The notes: generated from the sequence alone by a model not told the origin. 64,000 bases of DNA from Planctomycetota bacterium (GCA_038060895.1 JBBTCT010000002.1:96001-160000); one strand, 5' to 3'. Counted from the stretch's first letter, positions 28,072 through 38,498 are shown. Translations and numbers: made by a program.

Positions 28072-28944
28072 ATGAAGGCTACTCCGCTCAACGCCTTCAC
28101 CATCGACCTCGAGGGCTGGTACCAGTCTCTCCGGCCCGACCCCGACCCGGTGCCGCTGGCGAAGCAGAAGGACGGGATTCGCGAGGGGATCGACCGGCTT
28201 CTTGCGCTCTGCGGGCGCCGCCGCGTGAAGGCGACCTGGTTCACGCTCGGGGCCGTGGCGGAGCTGATGCCCGCCGAGCTGCGCGCGATCGCGGACGCCG
28301 GGCACGAGATCGCTTCGCACGGCTACGGCCATGACGACGTTGATGCGCTGGGACCGGAGGGATTTGCCGCGGACCTGGCAAAGTCGGAGGAGATCCTGGA
28401 AGCGGCGTCCGGGCAGAAACCGCGCGGGTACCGTTCGCCGAAGTGGTCCGCCGGCCGCGCGGGGACCTGGTATTTTGACGCACTGCGTCAACGAGGCTAC
28501 GCCTACGATTCCTCGCTCAACCCGGTGCCGATGCTCGGCGCCCGCGGCATGCGCCACGACGTCCACCGGGTGCGCGGCGTAGCGGAGCTTCCGCCCACCG
28601 CCGTGCGCACACTCGTCGGCTGGCTTCCCTGCGGCGGCTCGCTCGGCCTCCGCAATTTGACGCACCGCGTCATTGCGAAGCGCGTCGCGGGACTGAACGC
28701 GACCGGAGAGCCCGCGATGTTCTGGGTGCACCCGTGGGAACTCGCGCAGCGCCGCCTCGCCGGCCGCATGCCGTTCGCCACGCGGCTCGTCTGCAATGTC
28801 GCTCGCGTGGACCTCGAAGCGCGCCTCGAGCGGCTCTTCGGCGAGTTTCCGTTCGGCACGGCGCTCGCCGCCCTCGCCGCGCGCGAGGCCCGCGGGCCGC
28901 TTCCCGAAATCGAAAACCCCGCCTTCCGCGAGGCCGCCCGATGA
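28072..28944 (+). CDS. Polysaccharide deacetylase family protein (DUF3473-type)
   Basis: FTIDLEGW, ATWF, HEIASHGYGH, GYRSP, YDSS, HPWE. Confidence 0.9.
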   Translation: MKATPLNAFTIDLEGWYQSLRPDPDPVPLAKQKDGIREGIDRLLALCGRRRVKATWFTLGAVAELMPAELRAIADAGHEIASHGYGHDDVDALGPEGFAADLAKSEEILEAASGQKPRGYRSPKWSAGRAGTWYFDALRQRGYAYDSSLNPVPMLGARGMRHDVHRVRGVAELPPTAVRTLVGWLPCGGSLGLRNLTHRVIAKRVAGLNATGEPAMFWVHPWELAQRRLAGRMPFATRLVCNVARVDLEARLERLFGEFPFGTALAALAAREARGPLPEIENPAFREAAR

Positions 28945-29765
28945 GCCGCTGGGTCGCCATGTTTCCCGGGGTGAGCGGCGTGCGCGCCACCGCTCCGGAG
29001 GTTGCCGCCGCGCTGGCCGCTGCCGGCCCGCTCTCCGAGAACGGCCGACTCCAGGTCGAGACGTACGGCGCTTCCGTCGCCGGCTACCGCGCCCTCGGCG
29101 CCGAGCCCGCCGCGATCGCCGAGCACTCGATGGGCATCTACGCCGCGATGACCTGCTGCGGTTCGTGGAGCTTCGAGGACGGCGCCCGCGTCTGCGGCGA
29201 GGCCGCGCGCCTCATCGACGCTTCGCCCCCCGGCTCCGTCGCCGTCAGCGTCGGCATCAGCCGCTTCAAGGTCGAGGAACTCGCCGGCGCCGCGGGCGCG
29301 TTCGTCGCCAACGACAACTCCGAGCTTCAGCAGGCTGTCGGCGGCCTTCCCGATGCCGTGGATCGATTCGAGGCCGCCGCGCGCGCCGCCGGCGCCTACG
29401 ACGTCGTGCGCGTCCCGCTGCGCGGTGCTGTCCATACGCCCATGCTCGAGAACGCCGCGAGAAAACTGTTCGAATTCCTCTTCGACATCGAAATCAAGCC
29501 CCCCGTGATCCCCTTCCTCAACCACGTCGACGTCGAGTGGTGGACCTGCCAGGAAATGTTGCGCCAGCACGTCGCGGGAGCGCTCGAGCGTCGCGTGCGC
29601 TGGCGCGAATCCGCCGAGCGGCTCATCAACGAAGGCTACGACGCGTTCGTGGACGTCGGGCCGGGGGACGTGCTGGCGAAGCTCATGAAGTGGATCAAGC
29701 GCGACGCGAGGATTGGAAGCGTTGCGGCGGATTTCGAAGGCGCAACCAGGCTCATCGGAAGCTGA
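28941..29765 (+). CDS. FabD-like acyltransferase
   Basis: MFPG, EHSMG (variant GxSxG), ANDNS..Q..VGG, GAVHTPM, VRW, VGPGDVL. Confidence 0.8.
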   Translation: MSRWVAMFPGVSGVRATAPEVAAALAAAGPLSENGRLQVETYGASVAGYRALGAEPAAIAEHSMGIYAAMTCCGSWSFEDGARVCGEAARLIDASPPGSVAVSVGISRFKVEELAGAAGAFVANDNSELQQAVGGLPDAVDRFEAAARAAGAYDVVRVPLRGAVHTPMLENAARKLFEFLFDIEIKPPVIPFLNHVDVEWWTCQEMLRQHVAGALERRVRWRESAERLINEGYDAFVDVGPGDVLAKLMKWIKRDARIGSVAADFEGATRLIGS

Positions 29766-29767
29766 AC

Positions 29768-30628
29768 ATGCGCCTCGGGCCCCCAGGAGATTACCTGCTG
29801 CCGCTCCCCGACGGCGTCGAGCACGTGCCGGACGTCCCGATCGGGCGCGGCGGCACGCAGACCCTGCACGCCGAAATCGTCCGCCTGCGTGTCCGGCCGG
29901 CGGCCCCTTCGCCGGTGGTGATCTGGCTGCACGGCGGCGGCTGGGCGGAGGGGAATCGCCGGCGCATGTTCGAACGCGTGTTCCATCTCGCCGCTGCCGG
30001 CTACGTCTGCGTCGCCGCCGAATATCGGCTGTCGGGAGTCGCGCCCTTCCCGGCCCAGCTGCTGGACGTCCAGTGCGTTATCCGCTGGATTCGCGCGCAC
30101 GCGACGGAGCTGGGCGTTGACCCCCTGCGCGTCGGACTCTGGGGAGCTTCGGCAGGAGCCCACCTGGCCGCGCTCTCCGCGCTCAGGCCCGACAGGGGCT
30201 ACGACGGCGACGAGTACGAAGAGCCTCACACGTACGTGCAGGCCGTGGTCGACTTCTTCGGCCCGACCGACCTGCTCACGGCGGGTGAATTCGAGGGCGG
30301 CGTCGTTTCGCGGTTCGAGCACCGGAGCGCGAATTCGTTCGAAGGGAGATTGCTCGGCGGCGACTTGAAGGAGTACTTTCCCGCGGCCCACAAGGCCAGC
30401 CCCCTCAACTGGGTCGGACCCGGCGCGCCGCCCTTTCTCATCATGCACGGCGCCAAGGACGACGTCGTTCCCGTCTCACAGAGCCGGAGACTGCACGAGA
30501 AACTGCTCGCCGCGGGTGTGGACAGCACGCTCGTCGTCATCCCCGAAGGCACCCATGGGACGGCGGAATGGGAACCGGTGTCGCTCTCGGCGCCGAAAGC
30601 GTTCTTCGACCGCGTTCTAAAGGGCTGA
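29768..30628 (+). CDS. Alpha/beta hydrolase (HSL-like esterase)
   Basis: HGGGW, GASAG, HGAKDDVVP, GTHG. Confidence 0.92.
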   Translation: MRLGPPGDYLLPLPDGVEHVPDVPIGRGGTQTLHAEIVRLRVRPAAPSPVVIWLHGGGWAEGNRRRMFERVFHLAAAGYVCVAAEYRLSGVAPFPAQLLDVQCVIRWIRAHATELGVDPLRVGLWGASAGAHLAALSALRPDRGYDGDEYEEPHTYVQAVVDFFGPTDLLTAGEFEGGVVSRFEHRSANSFEGRLLGGDLKEYFPAAHKASPLNWVGPGAPPFLIMHGAKDDVVPVSQSRRLHEKLLAAGVDSTLVVIPEGTHGTAEWEPVSLSAPKAFFDRVLKG

Positions 30629-30647
30629 GCGAGGGCCGCTCCGCGGC

Positions 30648-31718
30648 TTATTCCTTCTTCGCTCGCCACACCACGTGGCAACCGTCCTCCGTCTCCACGA
30701 CCACCCCCATCCCCACCTTCAGCCCCTTCGCCGCCGCCGCCACCTTCTGGCCGATCTTCTCCAGCCGCGCGGCGTCCGCCGCCCCGCCCACCGCCTCGTC
30801 CGCCTCGTCGTCCCCCACCGCCGCCGCTTCCGCCATCGTCGCTTCACCCTTCTTCACCTGCAGCAGCAACTTGTCGGCCATCGACTTCACCTCGAGCTTC
30901 GTGCGCGCCGGGCCGGAAGCGGGCTTGATCGCGAAGAAGACATGGAAGAACTCCGGTTTTGCGGCAGCCGCTGCGGGGGCGAGCGCGTGGTCGGGCCTTT
31001 TCGGCAGGATCTTCTCGCTTCCCTTCGAAGCGCTGTTGAGGCAGTGATCGAACGCATCGTTCGCGTAGACCGCGTCAGGGAGCTCGTGGTCGAGGTCGGT
31101 CATGACCCAGGTCGCGAACCCGTCGCCGCACTTTGCGATCGCCTTGCGCCATTGCGGAAGCGCCGCGTAGTTCCCGTCGCGCGTCCCGATGATGAAGACT
31201 CCGCGCCCGCCCTTGCAGGCGTCGCCGCGTTCGCCGGGGGCTTCCGTCGCGGCACAAGTGACGAGTCCGGCAAAGCGCGCCCGCGAGTTGCCATACGAGC
31301 GGCACGCCGCGGCGCCGCCCATCGAGAACCCGAACGCCAGCACGCGCGTCTTGTCGACCGGGTAACTCGCCAGAACGTAATCGAGAAGCGCCGGGACCTT
31401 CGGCACATCCGCTTCAAGGTTCCAGACCCGCATCCCGTCTTCCGTCCCCGTGCCCTGAAGCGCGCACCAGATGTTGTCGCGATGCGCCGCCAGCGGCGCG
31501 CCGAAGCGCAGGATGTCGTCGGGCTCGGTGTAGTTCCCGTGGAACGCCATCACGAGCCCCTTGGCCTTCGCGCCGCCCGCGGGCACGAGGACCTTCGCGA
31601 CCGTCCCCGATTCGAGCGTCACGACGTCCCACTCGCCCTGTTTCACCACCGACTTGGCTTTCGGCGTCTGCGCGAACGCCGGGAGCGACAGAAGCGCAAC
31701 GACGGCGAGTATTCTCAT
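30648..31718 (-). CDS. Secreted alpha/beta hydrolase with C-terminal parvulin-like domain
   Basis: Signal peptide, FHG, GFSMG, GTRD, H; tail HVFF..RTKLEVKSMADKLL..VVETEDGCHVV. Confidence 0.7.
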   Translation of the reverse strand: MRILAVVALLSLPAFAQTPKAKSVVKQGEWDVVTLESGTVAKVLVPAGGAKAKGLVMAFHGNYTEPDDILRFGAPLAAHRDNIWCALQGTGTEDGMRVWNLEADVPKVPALLDYVLASYPVDKTRVLAFGFSMGGAAACRSYGNSRARFAGLVTCAATEAPGERGDACKGGRGVFIIGTRDGNYAALPQWRKAIAKCGDGFATWVMTDLDHELPDAVYANDAFDHCLNSASKGSEKILPKRPDHALAPAAAAAKPEFFHVFFAIKPASGPARTKLEVKSMADKLLLQVKKGEATMAEAAAVGDDEADEAVGGAADAARLEKIGQKVAAAAKGLKVGMGVVVETEDGCHVVWRAKKE

Positions 31719-31766
31719 GGCGCGTATCCTCTCACGATCGTTTCCCCCCGTCCCCGAACGGTGATC

Positions 31767-32441
31767 ATGCCCTCCGCATTCCCCCAAGTGAAAATCGTCG
31801 AAGGCCTCGAAGGAGCAGCCGGCGCTTTCGGCCACGTCGTCATCATCGACGTCCTGCGCGCGTTCACCACGGCGGCCTACGCCTTCGCAGCCGGCGCCGA
31901 GACGATCGAGCTCGTCGCGACGCCCGAGGAAGCGCTCGCGCGCCCGGGCTGGCGGATGGGCGAAGTCGGCGGCCGGCTCATCCCGGGGTTCGACCACAAC
32001 AACTCGCCGTCGCAGCTCATCGGGAAACGCGTCCCGCCGCGCGTCGTCCAGCGCACGGGAGCCGGCACGCGCTGCGCGGTTCTCGCTGCGCCCCGCGCGG
32101 AGTCGCTCTGGCTTGCCTCGCTGGTGGTCGTTTCCGCGACGGCGCGCGCATTGAAAGGCCTCAACCCGGTGACTCTCGTCGTCTCCGGCGCGCCCGATGA
32201 GGGCGAGGAAGATCGGGCTTGCGCTGCACTCCTGGAAGCATTGCTGACGGGGACGCCTCCGGACTTTGAGCAGGCCGTTCGCGAAGTCCGCTCGAGCCGA
32301 GCCGCAGCGAATCACGCTGCGGGGGATACGGACCGGCCGCTCGAAGACATCGCGGCCGCTGTCGACACGGATCGATTCCCCTTTGCCATGCGTGCGACGC
32401 TTGCCGATCGTCGGCTGAGCGCGACCTGTGTCCAGGCCTGA
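31767..32441 (+). CDS. comB: 2-phosphosulfolactate phosphatase family protein
   Basis: VVIIDVLRAFTT, GEVGG..GFDHNNSP, TGAGT, EDRACA. Confidence 0.85.
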   Translation: MPSAFPQVKIVEGLEGAAGAFGHVVIIDVLRAFTTAAYAFAAGAETIELVATPEEALARPGWRMGEVGGRLIPGFDHNNSPSQLIGKRVPPRVVQRTGAGTRCAVLAAPRAESLWLASLVVVSATARALKGLNPVTLVVSGAPDEGEEDRACAALLEALLTGTPPDFEQAVREVRSSRAAANHAAGDTDRPLEDIAAAVDTDRFPFAMRATLADRRLSATCVQA

Positions 32442-32446
32442 ACGGA

Positions 32447-32944
32447 CTACGCTGCTGGAGCAGGCCGGTCCAGAACGTACCGCGCCCATCGGATGATGGC
32501 CTGAACCATGAGCGCTTCGGGAACCCCCGCGAACCTGGTTCCGCCCTTCCGAAGAAATGACGCCTGATCGCTCGTCGTTCCGCTGCCTTTCTCGCCAGGG
32601 AGTTTTCGCCGTGCAGACTCCTCGGCTTCCAGCAAGTCCCACAAGAAGGCGTTGTACGGGCGCGCCTCGAGCCACCGACGGGCCTTCACCAGGTCAGTTC
32701 GAACGAGGTGGCCGAAGAAAGTTCGCAGGGACCTCAGCACATTTCGCGAATGCCCTGGGTACCGCTGCCAGAACCATGCCAGGATCCGTCCCCGGGCGCG
32801 GTTCGCCGAGGCTTCGACAACCGAATTTGAACGCAGGGGCCGGACCGTGCCGAACATCCTTCGCGCCTTGATTTCGCTGTCAAGCGCGTCAAAGAGGCGT
32901 GGGTCAAGGCCGTCCAGCGTAGCGCCGGCGGGGATCCAGAACAT
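32447..32944 (-). CDS. Hypothetical protein
   Basis: ATG 32944 just downstream of the AAA gene; protein-like composition; no recognised family. Confidence 0.5.
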   Translation of the reverse strand: MFWIPAGATLDGLDPRLFDALDSEIKARRMFGTVRPLRSNSVVEASANRARGRILAWFWQRYPGHSRNVLRSLRTFFGHLVRTDLVKARRWLEARPYNAFLWDLLEAEESARRKLPGEKGSGTTSDQASFLRKGGTRFAGVPEALMVQAIIRWARYVLDRPAPAA

Positions 32945-32961
32945 TTCTCGATGATATTCCG

Positions 32962-34218
32962 TCAGCGCCCGTTGCCGGCCCTCTTCGTTTCCCACAGTGC
33001 GCTCACCGGAACCGCGTACAGATTCGGCCCAAAGGGGAGGATCGTTTCGCCAGCGTAAAGCACGATGCCGCGCACGAACTTCTTGCCCGCCGCTTCGGCA
33101 AGCTGGCGGAGTCCGCGGAAGTCGTCGGATCTTGGCGAAGCCGTCTTCTTGACCTCGATGCCGACGACGCGGCCGCGCGCGTCCTCGAGAACGAGGTCGA
33201 CTTCGTGCTGCTTCGGGGTGCGGAAGTGGAAAATCGAGGAGCGCGCGCGGCTCCACGAGATCTGCTTGAGGAGTTCGGTGGCTACGAAGGTTTCGAGCAC
33301 GGCGCCGGACATCAGTTCGTCGTTCCGGAGTCGGTCCGCGTCGAGGTTCAACAGGTTGCAGAGGAGGCCTGAATCGAACAGCAGGACTTTGGGAGCCTTC
33401 GTGAGGCGCGAAGTGAGATTTCCGCTCCAGGCCGGGATCGTCGTCGCGAAGAAAATGGCATTCAACAGGGCCATGTATCGCTGGAGGCTGGTCAAGGGGA
33501 GTCCTGCATCGCGCGCGAGGTCGGAGACGTTCAGGACGCAGGCGCTGCGCGCGGCGATGAGCTTGAAGAGCCGCGGCAGTTCGCGCAGGGCATGGATGTT
33601 GGCGATATCCCGGACGTCGCGCTCGAGGATGGACGTCACGTACGAATTGAACCAGGCCCGCCGCCGCGAGGCGTCAGACCGGGACACAGCGTCTGGAAAT
33701 CCGCCCCGGACGATGCGCTCGACGAGCGATGGCCAGCCTGAACCGGGGATCCGGCCAACCGTGAAATCTCCCGAGAAGCAGGCGTCGACAAACCCCTCTT
33801 CCGTGCCGTGGAGTTCCCCCTGTGACAGCGGGTAGAGGTTCAGGATCTCCATGCGCCCCGCCAGCGACTCAGACACCTTTGGAAGCAGGAGCGCGTTCGC
33901 CGATCCCGTGAGCAGGAACCTTCCCGGCGACCGGCGCCGGTCGATGCTGCGCTTCAGCGACCGGAAGAGGTCCGGCGCCCGCTGCACTTCATCGAGGATG
34001 ACGCGTTCTGGAAGACCGTCGACGAATGCGTCGCCGTCCCTGGTCGCAGAAGCGAGATCGGCGGCGTCGTCGAGCGTGATGTAAGCCGCGTCGAATCCCT
34101 GGCCGCGAAGGCTCTGGACGAGGGTGGACTTGCCGGACTGACGGGGCCCCTGGAGGAACACGGCGGGGGTATCCGCGAGGGCGGCGAGGATCTGCGAAGT
34201 GATGTGACGTCCGTGCAT
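32962..34218 (-). CDS. AAA_14 ATPase with DUF4143 and C-terminal PD-(D/E)XK-like domain
   Basis: GPRQSGKST, ILDEVQ, LTGSA, SESLAGR, GGFP, DSGL, EVDLV..IEVK. Confidence 0.92.
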   Translation of the reverse strand: MHGRHITSQILAALADTPAVFLQGPRQSGKSTLVQSLRGQGFDAAYITLDDAADLASATRDGDAFVDGLPERVILDEVQRAPDLFRSLKRSIDRRRSPGRFLLTGSANALLLPKVSESLAGRMEILNLYPLSQGELHGTEEGFVDACFSGDFTVGRIPGSGWPSLVERIVRGGFPDAVSRSDASRRRAWFNSYVTSILERDVRDIANIHALRELPRLFKLIAARSACVLNVSDLARDAGLPLTSLQRYMALLNAIFFATTIPAWSGNLTSRLTKAPKVLLFDSGLLCNLLNLDADRLRNDELMSGAVLETFVATELLKQISWSRARSSIFHFRTPKQHEVDLVLEDARGRVVGIEVKKTASPRSDDFRGLRQLAEAAGKKFVRGIVLYAGETILPFGPNLYAVPVSALWETKRAGNGR

Positions 34219-34372
34219 GGGTATATTTAACCCACCGAGTGGGTGAAAAACAACCATAAAGTGGTTCAAATTCACCCACAAACCGCTCCCGGCCGGCGTC
34301 ACCCGGACGTCCGCGGCAAACTGCACTGCTTTCTGGATAAGATGGCTGTCGATCTCTCTTCCGGAGTTCCCG

Positions 34373-35656
34373 ATGCCCCGCGCCGCCGCTGTTCTCGCCC
34401 TGGCCCTCGCCCTCCTCCCCCGCCCCGCCTCCGCCCAGGCCGACGAAGCCCTCCAGAAACAGATCAACACCGCGATCGACAAAGGCGTGGAGTACCTCAA
34501 GGGCCTGCCGCTCAAGGACGGCGAAAACAAGGGAAGCTGGCCCGACGGCACGAACCCGATGTACGGAGGTGGGAACGCGATGGCGTCGGGCAAGATGTAC
34601 CTCGCGACGACGGCGCTGTCGCTGCTGACGCTTCTCAAGTGCGGCGTTGACCCGGAAGAAGACTGCATCAAGGGCGGTCTCGCCTGGCTCGACAAGGTGC
34701 TGCCGAAGGAGTACGGCGAAACGAAGAAGGGCCGGCCGGATCCGTCGATCATGGGGCAGACGTACCACGCGGGGATCCTGCTCATGATGTACGAGGCGCT
34801 CTACACCGCGCGCGGCGACAAGCAGATGAAGGCGGACGGGAAGGACCCGGCGAAGGACGTGCGACCGGCGCTGAAACCCGACGCGAAGGATCTTGCGGTG
34901 ATCACGCGGATCGTGAAGTGGCTGAAGGACACGCAGTCGCGCAAGGGCGCGTGGCGCTACGGCTCGCCGGTCTGGGATTCGCCGGGCGGGATCGAGGAAG
35001 ACCCGAGCGCTTCACAGGTCGTACTTCTCGGCCTCTCGAGCGCCGGCCGGCTTGGCGTGGAGGCGGGCGACGACGTCTGGAAGCAGGCGGCGGGGTGGTT
35101 CCTGGAGGCGCAGGAAAAGAACGGCCCGGCGGTGAAGGGCAAGGCGGCCGGTGCCGTCGGCGGGACCTACTCGGTGCGCGACGGCGACCGCGCGCGCGGC
35201 TGGCCGTACCTCCGCCGCAGCGCCGACAAGAAAGAGGAGAAGGCCATCGGCAGCATGACCGCCTGCGGCATCGGCTCGCTCGTCCTCTGCAAGGGCGCCC
35301 TCGCCAAATCAAAGACGTGGGGCAAGAACCAGGTCGCCGCCGTCGACCGCGGCATCTACGACGGCCTCGCCTGGATCGACCTCCACTACACCGTCGCCAG
35401 CAACCCCGAAGGCTGGCGCAGCCACTACTACTACCTCTACGGCGTCGAGCGCCTCGGCACCCTCGGCAACTTCGAAAAAATCGGCGACCACCCCTGGTAC
35501 GTCGACGGCGCAAAGCTCCTCGTCGCCGCGCAGGCCGCCAACGGCTCGTGGAACAACCACGACGAGATCGAGCCGTGCGACGTTATGGACACGTGCTTCG
35601 CGCTGCTGTTCCTGAAGCGGGCTACGGTGCCGGTCGGGGTGACGTTGACGCGATGA
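34373..35656 (+). CDS. Secreted prenyltransferase/squalene-oxidase repeat protein
   Basis: AIDKGVEYL, Q..KGAWRYG, SMTACG, YYYLYGVER, QAANGSW, DTCFALLFL. Confidence 0.85.
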   Translation: MPRAAAVLALALALLPRPASAQADEALQKQINTAIDKGVEYLKGLPLKDGENKGSWPDGTNPMYGGGNAMASGKMYLATTALSLLTLLKCGVDPEEDCIKGGLAWLDKVLPKEYGETKKGRPDPSIMGQTYHAGILLMMYEALYTARGDKQMKADGKDPAKDVRPALKPDAKDLAVITRIVKWLKDTQSRKGAWRYGSPVWDSPGGIEEDPSASQVVLLGLSSAGRLGVEAGDDVWKQAAGWFLEAQEKNGPAVKGKAAGAVGGTYSVRDGDRARGWPYLRRSADKKEEKAIGSMTACGIGSLVLCKGALAKSKTWGKNQVAAVDRGIYDGLAWIDLHYTVASNPEGWRSHYYYLYGVERLGTLGNFEKIGDHPWYVDGAKLLVAAQAANGSWNNHDEIEPCDVMDTCFALLFLKRATVPVGVTLTR

Positions 35657-36270
35657 GCGATGATTATTGCGACCCGCTCTCCCATCTGCCGATACCGAAT
35701 CTGGACCCGGGCACCCTCCGGCAATTCTCTCGTGAGATGGCCAGGCAACTGATTGCCACGGAACGCAATCGTCGCGCCCGCCTTCGCGAGGAACGACTGC
35801 GCGGGCCCGCACCGAAGCCCGATCACCCGAAGGGTTCGATTGAGTCGGCCATCCAGGACGAGCTGGAACGGCTGACGGATGAAAACGCGCACGAGGTTCG
35901 GGCGAGATTGAAGGACCTGCACCGGAGTCAAAATGAAGAGCCGGGGAGCGAACGCGTGATGAGCGGCGACACGGACGACTGGACTCAGACAGTCGGTCGA
36001 CTCGGAACAGCAGCCTGGTATCAGGCCTTGAAGCAGGATGAACACGTCGCGCGACAATGGGAGTCGGCCTACTGGAACCTGATGCCGCCGGGGGTCCGGG
36101 AGACCATGGAGAAGGTCGAATCGATACCAACGGACTGGCACGTCGGGCCGGTCGGAATGCTGATGCTGACCCGCGCAGCTCTGGCTGATCCGAATGTGCA
36201 GGATCTGTACGTGAGGATTCGCGAAATCGTCGCGAGGTCCAGCGCGCGAGAACGGAAGGATATGGTATAG
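35653..36270 (+). CDS. Hypothetical protein
   Basis: ATGA overlap with upstream gene; 205 aa, helical. Confidence 0.6.
   Translation: MSDDYCDPLSHLPIPNLDPGTLRQFSREMARQLIATERNRRARLREERLRGPAPKPDHPKGSIESAIQDELERLTDENAHEVRARLKDLHRSQNEEPGSERVMSGDTDDWTQTVGRLGTAAWYQALKQDEHVARQWESAYWNLMPPGVRETMEKVESIPTDWHVGPVGMLMLTRAALADPNVQDLYVRIREIVARSSARERKDMV
35864..35961 (+). repeat. 98-bp direct repeat, copy 1
   Basis: Ungapped match to 38355-38452 with 11 mismatches by manual count. Confidence 0.9.
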
Positions 36271-36484
36271 CGACCTTCTCGCCTCCGAACCTGTTCGCGC
36301 TTGACGTGAGCCCGTCAACAGGCCCAGAGTGGCCGTTCTTGAATCGCTTCGACCGCGCATTGCCCGCCGACCTGCCCGGATCGACCCTCGGGGGGAGATC
36401 CCGGCAAGTCCAGGGCGCAAACCGCCCCGCCGGCTGCGCTGAGGGCGGTTCTGAAGTTCGTCAGAGGAGTGGCGAGACAGGGCT

Positions 36485-37765
36485 ATGAGAAAACTCGCTC
36501 TCCTGGCGTTGCTGGCGTGCGCGGTACTTCCTGCTCGCGCCGACCCGCGCGAGGACCTTGCCGGAGACTGGTGGGGCATGATCGCCGAACGGCGGTTGTC
36601 GCTCTCGGCGGACGGAACCCTGACGGAGTTCCGGCCGACGGACACGGAGGAGCGGAAGGGAACCTGGGAAATTGACGGCAACAAGATCTCGATTCAATTC
36701 GAAGGCGAGAAATCGAAGGACACATTCACTTTTGCCATCAAGAAGGACGACTTGACTCTCACTCAGGAGGACGGGCGAACGACGCGGCTCGTGAGGGAGG
36801 CGCGCGCGGACCGGGAGAACCGGTTGGGAGACAGGATCGTCGAGATGTTTCGAAAGGGTGAAGAAGCGGCGGAGGAGCCGGACCAATTCAAGCGAGAGCT
36901 GCTTCAGAAGGACGCCATGCGTTTGTTCGAGGACGCGGAGCCGCTGGCACGGTCCCTTTTCGGCGACAACCGCGAAAAGCAGCAGGAAGGGTGCGAACGC
37001 CTGGCCAGGACGAGGGACGCCGAACTCGTTTCGCGCATCAAGGGGGCTAAACCGGACCGGGCGAAAACGAACTGCAAGAACGCGCTGAAAAAGATCAGCA
37101 TTTACCTCGCGCTTTTCGAAGGCAAATTCAAACGGTATCCAAAGACCATCGACGAATTGAAGCGACCGAACTTTATCGAGGAAGAGTCCCTGTTGAACTG
37201 TCCTGCGGCTAAGGAGGGTGAGAAGCACCCCTTCATCTACGTCCCGCCAAACGGCGACGACGCTCCGGCGAATACGATCGTTGCGTACGATCCCGTCGCG
37301 CACGACGACGGACTGCGAAACGTCCTGACCTTTCAGGGCAGGGTTGTGACTCTGAATGAGGAGAACTTCAAGGCCGCCCTGGCGTCGAAGGGTAGCGTCG
37401 TGAGCGATGTCGGGCCGAGGGCTCGCGACGTCAAGGCGCGGCTCGCGGTCAGGAACGGCAAAGTCGTCGTGACGATCAACGCGAAGATCGACGGGCTGCG
37501 CGCCGGGAGCGTGGATGGCAAAGAGCGGGTCCATGCGCGGGTGACCATCCGCGCCCGCGTGCAGGAAGAGAAGCAGAACATTGAGTCGGGCGTGCGCGTG
37601 ATCTCAGGAGAGCCCGACACCGCCGGACATGCGATTCAGCTCACCGTGACACTTCCAACTTCGGACCCCGACCGCCTTGCTTCGCTTGTCCTGTGGATCG
37701 ACGACCGGGTCACCCACGAAGTCGAGGAAACGCAAATTGAGCTGGAGGCCGTCGAGAGGAAATAG
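36485..37765 (+). CDS. Secreted multidomain protein with a DUF1559/pseudopilin-like internal region
   Basis: Signal peptide; NCKNALKKI..YPKTIDEL..CP..IVAYD..HDDGLRNVLTFQGRV. Confidence 0.7.
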   Translation: MRKLALLALLACAVLPARADPREDLAGDWWGMIAERRLSLSADGTLTEFRPTDTEERKGTWEIDGNKISIQFEGEKSKDTFTFAIKKDDLTLTQEDGRTTRLVREARADRENRLGDRIVEMFRKGEEAAEEPDQFKRELLQKDAMRLFEDAEPLARSLFGDNREKQQEGCERLARTRDAELVSRIKGAKPDRAKTNCKNALKKISIYLALFEGKFKRYPKTIDELKRPNFIEEESLLNCPAAKEGEKHPFIYVPPNGDDAPANTIVAYDPVAHDDGLRNVLTFQGRVVTLNEENFKAALASKGSVVSDVGPRARDVKARLAVRNGKVVVTINAKIDGLRAGSVDGKERVHARVTIRARVQEEKQNIESGVRVISGEPDTAGHAIQLTVTLPTSDPDRLASLVLWIDDRVTHEVEETQIELEAVERK

Positions 37766-37852
37766 ACGGCGACGGCCTTGCGAAATCCGGGTCAGACACC
37801 GCATGACCGCAGATCACTGCGACAGAGCTGGACGGCGAGCGGGAATCGCCGC

Positions 37853-38338
37853 CTAGTCCGCGAACTTGAACGACTTCTCGTTCGCTTTCCACCACGCCTT
37901 CCAGGCGGGGGCGTCTTCGATCGCCTGTCCCGTGAGCGCCTTGAGCGCAAAATGGCATTCGTCGCGGATTTTCTCTCTTTCCTTCGAGTCGGCGCCGGCG
38001 CTCGCGGAGTTCCGGGTCAGCAGGTCGATCAGGTAGGGGATGTTCGACCGCTCCCGGATGCGACCCAGCGCCGCAATGCGGAACTCGGCCCCGCAGGTCT
38101 CGATGCCGTCCTTCAGAAGCGGAATGAGCGAGGCATCCGCTTTCGCCGCGACGAATCTCCACGCATAGGGGGCAAGCGGCGCCTGCGGGTTGCGCTTCAG
38201 CCAGCCCGCCAGCATCTCCTGGCCGAGTTTCTCATCGATTCCATGCGCTTCCTGAACGATGTACTCGCGCACCTTGAGGCTGCGCCCGTCCATGCCGCGC
38301 CCCAGCGCCGGGAACGACCTCGGGTCCTTCAGGGCCAC
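37853..38338 (-). pseudogene. HEAT-repeat protein, apparently 5'-truncated
   Basis: IAALGRI..IPYLIDLL..ALKALTGQ..WKAWW tail; 5' end runs into repeat copy 2 and an in-frame TAA, with no RBS. Confidence 0.55.
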
Positions 38339-38354
38339 GACCTTCTTCGCGAGA

Positions 38355-38452
38355 TGGAACGGCTGACGGATGAAAACGCGCGTGAGGTTCGGGCGAGATT
38401 AAAGGACTTGCACCGGAGTCAGGATGAAGCGCTGGAGAGCGAACGGGCGATG
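38355..38452 (+). repeat. 98-bp direct repeat, copy 2 (remnant of the 35653..36270 gene)
   Basis: Encodes ERLTDENAREVRARLKDLHRSQDE versus ERLTDENAHEVRARLKDLHRSQNE in copy 1. Confidence 0.9.
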
Positions 38453-38498
38453 CTCGATGACTCGGACGACGGGGTGAATCCACAAACCGGGCCTCGAA

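Noticed and set aside
35864-38452. Diversity-generating retroelement TR/VR pair
   Set aside because: Mismatches include C/T, C/G and T/C changes and are not restricted to adenines in either copy; no reverse transcriptase in the window.
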